Source: a virus (taxonomy: Duplodnaviria > Caudoviricetes). Taken from it: a DNA stretch of 51,376 nucleotides. Below, piece by piece: positions 18,708 to 25,784 of this stretch. Both the position numbers and the translations under genes were made by a program. The stretch spans positions 1 through 51,376 of the IMG/VR virus record IMGVR_UViG_3300016674_000123; one strand, 5' to 3'. The notes under the pieces were generated by a model. It had not been told where the DNA came from. It did no database searches and saw only the letters and a program-made list of their open reading frames with translations. How positions within the stretch are numbered: the stretch's first letter is position 1; each line of letters starts with the position of its first letter.

Positions 18708-18748
18708 CAAAAATAACATATTTTGCAACAATATAACATATTTTGCAA
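18708..18748 (-). promoter_or_regulatory. promoter with tandem 16-bp operator repeats
   Basis: TATTTTTG -7 box 18708-18715; ATAACATATTTTGCAA at 18713-18728 and 18733-18748. Confidence 0.7.
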
Positions 18749-18750
18749 AT

Positions 18751-18778
18751 AAAAAAAGCCACCCTATGTGGATGGCTT
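18751..18778 (-). terminator. intrinsic terminator
   Basis: AAGCCA/TGGCTT stem followed by a T-run on the minus strand. Confidence 0.7.
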
Positions 18779-18806
18779 AAAACTTATGTAATTGATTTTT
18801 AACTAT

Positions 18807-19052
18807 TTATGCTTTTTGTTTTTGATAATCGGAGTAATGTTTTTTTACTAACTGACAATAAGTACAGTTTGCTTTATGTTGCACAGGATATAAGAAAGAG
18901 TTGCCACAAGGTATGCAATTGTTACTTTTTACCCTTTCAATTACTTCATTTGTGGGTTTATTATCGTCAAAAACAGAAAAAGCGTGACACTTTTCGCATA
19001 GATTCATGTACATTGTGTCGGTTTGAGTATTGCATTTTTCGCACTTTGGCAT
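18807..19052 (-). CDS. Cys-rich zinc-finger protein
   Basis: Four CxxC pairs in 81 aa. Confidence 0.65.
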   Translation of the reverse strand: MPKCEKCNTQTDTMYMNLCEKCHAFSVFDDNKPTNEVIERVKSNNCIPCGNSFLYPVQHKANCTYCQLVKKHYSDYQKQKA

Positions 19053-19056
19053 GATG

Positions 19057-19131
19057 CTATTTTTTACAGGTTTGACAAATTCCGTTTTTGAATAGCTGAA
19101 CGGAGAAACAGCGTTTGCAATATTTCCACAT
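19057..19131 (-). CDS. 24-aa CxxC/CxxC micro-protein (not in ORF track)
   Basis: MWKYCKRCFSVQLFKNGICQTCKK fills the gap between neighbouring ORFs. Confidence 0.55.
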   Translation of the reverse strand: MWKYCKRCFSVQLFKNGICQTCKK

Positions 19132-19133
19132 GG

Positions 19134-19346
19134 TTATAGAATATCGAAAGTTCCAAGTTGATAAAGTCCGGTGCTTCCATCTTCAAATTGAATTGTTACA
19201 TCGGCACTTCCGTATTCAAAATCTTGAAAAGATTCTTCGTCTAATACTTCAACTTTTATAACAGTTCCAATCTGCCCTCTCTTGTTGAAAGGGTCAGATG
19301 TTAGGAAATTGTCAATTTGTACTTTTTGGTCTATTAAGTTTTTCAT
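19134..19346 (-). CDS. hypothetical acidic SH3-like protein
   Basis: 70 aa; GQIGTVIKV...VTIQFEDG. Confidence 0.6.
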   Translation of the reverse strand: MKNLIDQKVQIDNFLTSDPFNKRGQIGTVIKVEVLDEESFQDFEYGSADVTIQFEDGSTGLYQLGTFDIL

Positions 19347-19352
19347 GATGTT

Positions 19353-19562
19353 TTAGTTTTGAAATTCAAATCTTCCGTTGATGTCGTATGTTAATTCTTG
19401 AGAAAGGTTTTCTTCAAGTTCGTCGGCTTCCCATTCTTCTATTTCGAATTCGTAAGCTCCAGTTCTAACATTCCATTCTGCGTGAAAAGGCGAGTTATTT
19501 AAACGGTCTTGAAAAACGTTTGCATCAATTGTAGTGCGAGGTGTGAAATAAAGTGTTGCCAT
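19353..19562 (-). CDS. hypothetical highly acidic protein
   Basis: 69 aa; EFEIEEWEADELEENL. Confidence 0.65.
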   Translation of the reverse strand: MATLYFTPRTTIDANVFQDRLNNSPFHAEWNVRTGAYEFEIEEWEADELEENLSQELTYDINGRFEFQN

Positions 19563-19592
19563 AATACTGCTTTTTTATATTGTTAATTGTAG

Positions 19593-19608
19593 AGCAATAT
19601 TGGGTTGA
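19593..19608 (-). promoter_or_regulatory. 16-bp motif TCAACCCAATATTGCT, copy 1
   Basis: Identical copy at 28326-28341; both lie 30-36 bp upstream of a start codon. Confidence 0.6.
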
Positions 19609-19676
19609 CATTTTGGAAGTATCAAGAGATTTCTAACAAATGATTAGAAACATTAAAACGATTTCCAATCAGGCTG

Positions 19677-19820
19677 TTATTCAATTTTATAAAACTTTTT
19701 ACAATGCTTACATTCTGTAATTTTAATGCTCATTGGAATCCAGTTGACTTCTCCATTTCTTTCAATCGTGTGTTTTTGGTGAAGTCCAAAAAAACAAAAC
19801 AATCTATGTAAGTATTTCAT
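19677..19820 (-). CDS. 47-aa small Cys/His protein (not in ORF track)
   Basis: MKYLHRLFCFFGLH...ECKHCKK; DUF1660-like pattern; abuts the exonuclease stop. Confidence 0.55.
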   Translation of the reverse strand: MKYLHRLFCFFGLHQKHTIERNGEVNWIPMSIKITECKHCKKFYKIE

Positions 19821-19821
19821 A

Positions 19822-20379
19822 CTAATCTATTTTAAAAACACCCATTTTATACAACTCATACACTATATCGGCTTCATGGAAAGCATCATCTGCACCTCTG
19901 TGTTGTTCAATATAACCAACATCACCAAAGAAGTGTTTGTGTGCTTCTTCTACTGAAGGCCATTTGAATCCATATCCACGTATTTTAGGTATTTTGCAGA
20001 TATCTGTTGAAAGTTTCATTGGGCACGGCAATTTTTTAGGAAAAACAAAACCTCTGGTTTCCATAAATCCAAAATCGAAAGCATTGTTGAATGCGGTTGC
20101 TCCAATTCCGTATTGGTTTATGATACTTTGTATTTCAGGTTTCAGAATGTGCAGCGGTTTTGATGTTCTGATTTCTTCTACGGTTAATGTGGAGTTTTGA
20201 ATAATCCATGCTTTCTCAACTTCTTCACGAGTGATTCCTGTTTCGTGTGTTACTTGGTCAAAAATGATTTGTTTGTTTCCGTTTGAAAGGTCAAGTTCTA
20301 CGATTCCGACCTCAACTATTTTACCACCTCTTTGTAAAAAGTCGGTGGTTTCTATGTCTATGATTAAAATTTTGCTCAT
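19822..20379 (-). CDS. DEDDh 3'-5' exonuclease (DnaQ-like)
   Basis: IDIETT, AFNNAFD and HRGADD motifs. Confidence 0.9.
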   Translation of the reverse strand: MSKILIIDIETTDFLQRGGKIVEVGIVELDLSNGNKQIIFDQVTHETGITREEVEKAWIIQNSTLTVEEIRTSKPLHILKPEIQSIINQYGIGATAFNNAFDFGFMETRGFVFPKKLPCPMKLSTDICKIPKIRGYGFKWPSVEEAHKHFFGDVGYIEQHRGADDAFHEADIVYELYKMGVFKID

Positions 20380-20381
20380 TT

Positions 20382-20642
20382 TTATTTTTTAAAGGCGTTA
20401 GTGTCTTTTAAATATTGAATTGCTTCCTCTCTGATTTTATGAAGTATTGGACTTAATTTTTTGCCTTTGTAAGTAAATACTTTTATGCTTTCAAATTCTT
20501 CATCAGAGAGGCTTCGTATCGGGATATGATTTATGTAATCAGTTTTGAAAACTTTATTTGTTGTACGAAGAATAAATATATCACCTTCTTTGTAAATTTC
20601 ACACCTTGTGACATTTAGCATTTTATAAATTTGTTTCTTCAT
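20382..20642 (-). CDS. hypothetical protein
   Basis: 86-aa ORF in operon. Confidence 0.6.
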   Translation of the reverse strand: MKKQIYKMLNVTRCEIYKEGDIFILRTTNKVFKTDYINHIPIRSLSDEEFESIKVFTYKGKKLSPILHKIREEAIQYLKDTNAFKK

Positions 20643-20650
20643 TTTTAATA

Positions 20651-21214
20651 TTATTCTGGTTCAATTTCTTCTTTCGCTACCATTTCTTCATATTCAGCTA
20701 CACATTTTTTACAAGTCCAACATTCATCAATTGAGCTCATAGTTGAAATGTGATTTACTGAATTACAATCTTCGCAATGTTGATAATCGGTTTCCCAGAA
20801 ACTCAATTTTCCTTTTACGTTTAGGATTGGTTTTTCGTATAGAACAGGATTAGCTAAAACCCAGTTGTATATTGGTTTGTCTACAAATACGCCTGATGTA
20901 GTTTGTCTTGAATTAGAAATGTCTGTTTTCTCCGCCCAAATACTCGGATGATTAATTACGCAATCGATGATGTCAACTTCACCGATAATTGCTGATGTTA
21001 TTAATGCTGTATCAAAAAATCTGAAATTTGATTGTTTAACCATGAAATTTAATTGAACATCATTTAATAGCTGAGCTGGTCTTCCAGCCGAAACTCCAGA
21101 AGCATGAATAAAAATTCTACCTCGAAAATTGGTTTTCCAAGTGCGGTTCTCGATGTCTTTAATACCATGAGCTATAAGTGAAGCCCACGGTTGTTTGATT
21201 GAAAGTGCCTTCAT
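20651..21214 (-). CDS. ASCH domain protein with C-terminal CxxC pairs
   Basis: LSIKQPWASLI, GIKDIENRTW, GRIFIHA and KGKLSFW. Confidence 0.9.
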   Translation of the reverse strand: MKALSIKQPWASLIAHGIKDIENRTWKTNFRGRIFIHASGVSAGRPAQLLNDVQLNFMVKQSNFRFFDTALITSAIIGEVDIIDCVINHPSIWAEKTDISNSRQTTSGVFVDKPIYNWVLANPVLYEKPILNVKGKLSFWETDYQHCEDCNSVNHISTMSSIDECWTCKKCVAEYEEMVAKEEIEPE

Positions 21215-21216
21215 AT

Positions 21217-21597
21217 CTAGTAAATTGGTGGTTTTGGTTGTTCGATTGGTCTGTAGTGTGTGAATTTATCTTTATCAATACTATTGTAGGTAAACATTTC
21301 ATCAATTACAAAATTCCCATCTTCAAACATTTTACCGCATAAGTAATAAATATCTCCCTCTTTTGGTAAATCTTCTTCGCTTTCAATCTTTATCCAGCCG
21401 TTATTGTCTTCGATTCCTTTTAGTGATGACATTCTCCAATGAAGTTCATTATTTATAAATGTTCTTTCGCATTCAGATAATACCCAAATTGAATCGCCTA
21501 AAATACTATCAGGAAACCAGCCGTTTTCATCAATATTTTCTTTTAAGAATTCCCAACGCTCTCCGTATGCTTGCTTAATTGCTTCTTGCTTATCCAT
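21217..21597 (-). CDS. hypothetical phage protein (DUF551-like C-terminus)
   Basis: GWIKIESEEDLP...THYRPI..P. Confidence 0.6.
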   Translation of the reverse strand: MDKQEAIKQAYGERWEFLKENIDENGWFPDSILGDSIWVLSECERTFINNELHWRMSSLKGIEDNNGWIKIESEEDLPKEGDIYYLCGKMFEDGNFVIDEMFTYNSIDKDKFTHYRPIEQPKPPIY

Positions 21598-21599
21598 AC

Positions 21600-22178
21600 C
21601 TAAACGATTTTATTAATAAATTCAACTGGAGTGCAATTTTCTATATCTGCAAGGTTTCGGATAACCATTGCTTTGTTCTTTAATTGGCTTAAATCAAATT
21701 CTTGCCATATTTCAAAAAACAAACCATTTTTCTTAATGTCTTTGATTTTCATTTCTGAAACATCCATTTGTCCTGGAACACATTCACGACAGAAAAAATC
21801 ATCATCTGAATTCAATATTTTTTCTTCGTTGGCTTGGTAGTAACGGTCTACTTCTTCAAAGTTTAGCCATGCAACGAAGTAATCGTCGTTATCATCAGCA
21901 TAACCACTTTTAAAAGGCTTTGATACTTCAAAAGGTTTGAACAATTCAACTACTGATTTGCTACATAGGAAGTATTCGCACTTTAATTGAATTGAATCTT
22001 TGAAAAAGTCGTCTGTTTTTTGCTTTAGTTCCTCAATTGTTTTGCCTGAAATTTCTACTTCAAAGCGAGTATTTAAAGAATCATTGAAAGCAACTGTTTT
22101 GGAAATAAATCCAAATTTTGATGAGCCATTACTGGCAATTGGTTGTACGATTGGTTCGTAATAATATGATTTTTTCAT
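21600..22178 (-). CDS. hypothetical protein
   Basis: 192-aa ORF. Confidence 0.6.
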   Translation of the reverse strand: MKKSYYYEPIVQPIASNGSSKFGFISKTVAFNDSLNTRFEVEISGKTIEELKQKTDDFFKDSIQLKCEYFLCSKSVVELFKPFEVSKPFKSGYADDNDDYFVAWLNFEEVDRYYQANEEKILNSDDDFFCRECVPGQMDVSEMKIKDIKKNGLFFEIWQEFDLSQLKNKAMVIRNLADIENCTPVEFINKIV

Positions 22179-22180
22179 TT

Positions 22181-22759
22181 TTAAAATAAGCTTAATTGTG
22201 GGTTTGTGATTTGTTTTAGTGCGTTTTGGTATGCTTTGTGAGCGTCTTTTTCTCTATTGAAAAACCCTAAATGCTTTTGTTTATTTTCAATTTTAATTTG
22301 AGCCACATATTTTTGTTTTGAAGTAACAAAACAAACTCCAACGTATTTTGAAGTTACGTTTAGGTGTTTTTTATGGCAATTCGCTCTATTTGAAATTATT
22401 TCAAGGTTTATAGCTCTATTATCTGTTTTTATATAATTTTTATGATTAACCACCAACTCCATACCACAAGGGATATGATTTAAAAAAGCTTCTGCAACAG
22501 CCTGATGCACTTTTTTAAGTTTTTGTTTTCCATTTTTAGAAGCATTAAAAACTAAATAATGTCTTTTTGGTAAATTTAATTTTATGATTTTGCCTTTTCG
22601 TATTTTTCCAACTGGAAGAGATTTAATTCTTCCTAAGTCGGAAACCTGATATAAACCTTCATATCCTTTTACATCTTTCCAAATTTCAGTTTTTTGGATT
22701 TCATCTATTTCACAGAAATAAACAATACTTTCTTGAGTAAAAATTTTATTGTATTCCAT
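22181..22759 (-). CDS. NUMOD4-HNH-AP2 homing endonuclease
   Basis: EIWKDVKGYEGLYQVSDLGRIKS (NUMOD4), VHQAVAEAF...NHKN...DN...NL (HNH), SKYVGV...HLGFF (AP2); ends QLSLF. Confidence 0.9.
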   Translation of the reverse strand: MEYNKIFTQESIVYFCEIDEIQKTEIWKDVKGYEGLYQVSDLGRIKSLPVGKIRKGKIIKLNLPKRHYLVFNASKNGKQKLKKVHQAVAEAFLNHIPCGMELVVNHKNYIKTDNRAINLEIISNRANCHKKHLNVTSKYVGVCFVTSKQKYVAQIKIENKQKHLGFFNREKDAHKAYQNALKQITNPQLSLF

Positions 22760-22870
22760 AATAAAAACATAAAACCTTAAAAGTTTCGAGGTGGTGGCTC
22801 TACTCCTTTTAAGGCTTTTCCTTGTGTTTTATTTTCCATTGTAACAAATCCACCACAGATATTACAGTTA

Positions 22871-22903
22871 CAAATATAAAGTAAAATGCAAGTATTATGC
22901 AAG
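22871..22903 (-). promoter_or_regulatory. internal early-type promoter/operator
   Basis: TATATTTG box; 29/33 identical to 39185-39217. Confidence 0.7.
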
Positions 22904-22920
22904 CAAAATGAAATTAATTT

Positions 22921-24036
22921 TTATTTTAAAACCACAGGCATGACCAACATCAGTAATTCCTCTCCTTCTTCTTGTCCGTCTAATGGCATCAGGATTCCAG
23001 CTCTGTTTGGTTCTGACATTTCAAGTGTTACTTGTTCAGATGTTGTATTTTTCAACATTTCCAACAAGAATTTTGAATTAAATCCAATTGCAAAATCATT
23101 TCCAGTATAGCTGCAGGTTAAAACCTCGTTCCCATTTTTGCTCGTTTCTTTGTCTTCTGCAGAAATGGTCAACTCATTGCCTTTGAATCCTAATCGCATT
23201 TGGTGGGTTTCTTTACTAGAAAGAATAGAAACACGATTAACAGAGGTTGCAAGTAAGTTTCTGTCAATGGTTAATTTGTTCGGATTTTCCTTTGGAATAA
23301 CCGCTTCATAGTTTGGATATTTAGCATCGATTAATCGACAAATCAATTCAAACTGATCAAACACATATTTTGCATTTGATTGGTTGTATTCGGTCACCAC
23401 ATCCACCTCAAGTGTTTGCAAAATTCCTTTTAAAACATTCAATGCTTTTTTAGGCATAACGAATGAAGCTTCTTCTGTGGCTTGAATATCTTTTCTTGAA
23501 TACTTAACCAATTTATGTGCATCTGTTGAAGCGAAGATTAAACCGGTTGTAGTTAATTGGAAATACACACCTGTAAAGGCTGGTCTTAAATCATCTGTTC
23601 CCGTTGCAAAAATTGTTTTGCTGATTGCCGTTGAAAGCACTTTACTTGGAATAATAGTTCTTGAAGTATTTTCCATTTCGATAGCTTTCGGAAATTCAAG
23701 ACCTGAAACGTAAGCGATTTCATAAATCCCTGAATCGGTTTTGATTTTTAAAACGTTGTTTTCTAAAAATTCTAAAACCAAAGGTTGCTCAGGTAGTGTT
23801 TTTAGAATATCGATTAAAAGTCGAGCAGGAACACATGCAAGTCCTTTTTCTTGTGATTCGATTTCGATGTTTACCTTCATGGTAGTTTCTAAATCGGAAG
23901 CCGTTACTTTTAATAAATTTCCTTCAAAATCGAAAAGGAAATTGTCAAGGATTGGCATTGTGTTTGAAGTGTTGATAACTCCGCTTAAAACTTGCAAGTT
24001 CTTTAATAACTTGGCTGATGATACAAAAATTCTCAT
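22921..24036 (-). CDS. dnaN: DNA polymerase III beta sliding clamp
   Basis: MPILDNFL, ASDLETT, DDLRPAFTGV, STDAHKL, RLIDAKYPNYEAVIP and LVMPV motifs. Confidence 0.96.
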   Translation of the reverse strand: MRIFVSSAKLLKNLQVLSGVINTSNTMPILDNFLFDFEGNLLKVTASDLETTMKVNIEIESQEKGLACVPARLLIDILKTLPEQPLVLEFLENNVLKIKTDSGIYEIAYVSGLEFPKAIEMENTSRTIIPSKVLSTAISKTIFATGTDDLRPAFTGVYFQLTTTGLIFASTDAHKLVKYSRKDIQATEEASFVMPKKALNVLKGILQTLEVDVVTEYNQSNAKYVFDQFELICRLIDAKYPNYEAVIPKENPNKLTIDRNLLATSVNRVSILSSKETHQMRLGFKGNELTISAEDKETSKNGNEVLTCSYTGNDFAIGFNSKFLLEMLKNTTSEQVTLEMSEPNRAGILMPLDGQEEGEELLMLVMPVVLK

Positions 24037-24046
24037 GGTTATTTAA

Positions 24047-25369
24047 TTAAATTGATTCTACTAATTGTTTTGATTTTCTTGTTTTTTTAGGTCGAACGAT
24101 TTCAGCAATTTTGGAAAGGTTCTTTTTTACTGTTTCCACTATGATATCGTGATGTTCTGTTGGTTCGTTTTTTAAACCGCGAGCCTGTGTGATTTTTAAT
24201 TTCTCTAAATCAATTTCGATAGTTTCGATTGGCTCATTATTGATTCGAGCTGATAAGACAAGGGATTCTTTTTTGGCAAAGTATCGGTTGGTAAAAACAC
24301 AATGTTTGAGTTTATCGCCTTCCTTTATGAATTCCTGGACTGACTTTAAAGGGATGATAACAATCGGTCCATTTGTAAATTGAAGATCAAAGAATTTTGA
24401 TTTTTCACGCAAATAAAATTCATTATCAATTTCTGCTCTTTTCCTTTGCTCTTCTTCTTCTCGTTTTTTCTGGATGATTCGATTTTTAGCAACCAATTTA
24501 TCATGCTCTTTTTTCAAATCTTTAGGACAAACAAATTTTACATTTCGTCTATCTTTATTGAAGTAGTGCAACAAATCCATATAATCCATCCAAAGTCCAG
24601 CATCTTTTACTTTGTATCTATTTCGTAAACAGATTTTAATGCTATCCCAATAGTAAGTGATACTTCTACCACTTTGGTTAATATGGGCATCAACCAACCA
24701 ATACTGTTTAGCTTTTAAAAGTGTTTCAAGTTTTGGATGATGAGGGATGTGCTTAATAGCATCTAAGAAAGTAACTTGTTGAAGATTAGTATTGATTCCG
24801 TATTTTTTCCATTCTTTCTTAATAACCGAATCAGGGTGATACTTTCGGGCATATACATCGTATTTTCTACCACTGTAACCATAATATCTGCCTTCTTCTC
24901 TTATTTCCATAGAACCACCCCAGCTATCACAGAAACCTTGAGTATAATGCGCCTTTCCAAACATGGTAACCTTTAAATCGGGTTGAATCCAGTATTGAAG
25001 TATTTCGTGAATATAAACATCAGCCGAAAATCCTTTTTTGTAGTTAGCAATAATCTCAAAGTTTCTTACTACTTGGAATTCCTCTACAATTTCAGTAATT
25101 GCAAAATAGTTTATTTGGTGATCAGTTGTATTTCTGGATTCTTTGATTTGAAGCTTTGTGCCACAATGCGGACAAACTGCTTTTTTTCTACTTACTAATT
25201 GCGGTGAAAAGGTCTCACCGCAATCTAAACACAACACTCTATTTTTGGTGGCATATCCTCGATGTTCTAAACATTCTGCTTTTGCCCATTCTTTTTGTTG
25301 CTTGGAAATTGGAAATAAATTTTTTGCTAATCCAGCAACTCGATGATGAAGTTTATTTCTCGGTTTCAT
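24047..25369 (-). CDS. PcfJ domain protein
   Basis: N-terminal zinc fingers; DLKKEHD, EGDKLKHCV and QARGLKN. Confidence 0.88.
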   Translation of the reverse strand: MKPRNKLHHRVAGLAKNLFPISKQQKEWAKAECLEHRGYATKNRVLCLDCGETFSPQLVSRKKAVCPHCGTKLQIKESRNTTDHQINYFAITEIVEEFQVVRNFEIIANYKKGFSADVYIHEILQYWIQPDLKVTMFGKAHYTQGFCDSWGGSMEIREEGRYYGYSGRKYDVYARKYHPDSVIKKEWKKYGINTNLQQVTFLDAIKHIPHHPKLETLLKAKQYWLVDAHINQSGRSITYYWDSIKICLRNRYKVKDAGLWMDYMDLLHYFNKDRRNVKFVCPKDLKKEHDKLVAKNRIIQKKREEEEQRKRAEIDNEFYLREKSKFFDLQFTNGPIVIIPLKSVQEFIKEGDKLKHCVFTNRYFAKKESLVLSARINNEPIETIEIDLEKLKITQARGLKNEPTEHHDIIVETVKKNLSKIAEIVRPKKTRKSKQLVESI

Positions 25370-25374
25370 AGGCT

Positions 25375-25767
25375 TTACTCTGGAAAATCAAATGATAATG
25401 TTGCTTGCTGTTTTGGTGCTTTTTCTTTTGGAGTTTTATTTGGTTGCTCTTGCACCGGATTTTCTTTTGGTTCTTTTTTAGCTTTTTGCTTCGGAGCTTC
25501 TGCATGATGATTAACCACTACTTTAGCATTAATCTTTTTACCTACTTCGATATTATCTTCATCGTAGTAGTGAACTGCCATTCCAAAAATTTCTTCATCT
25601 GCAAAACCCATTTGTCCTAATTTTTGAACTTGGTTTAGAATGTAAGTGCAACAATCATCGATGTTTTTGTTTTCCTTTTTTAAGGTTTCAGCAAATAAGT
25701 TGTCTTTTGCTGCTAATTGGTTTAAGTGATTTTCAATCACTGTTTTGAATTGTGGTGATACGCTCAT
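25375..25767 (-). CDS. PcfK-like / AcrIIA9-family protein
   Basis: KENKNIDDCCTYILNQV, GFADEEIFGMAVHYYDED and VVVNH. Confidence 0.85.
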   Translation of the reverse strand: MSVSPQFKTVIENHLNQLAAKDNLFAETLKKENKNIDDCCTYILNQVQKLGQMGFADEEIFGMAVHYYDEDNIEVGKKINAKVVVNHHAEAPKQKAKKEPKENPVQEQPNKTPKEKAPKQQATLSFDFPE

Positions 25768-25784
25768 TTTATTTTTATATTTGA

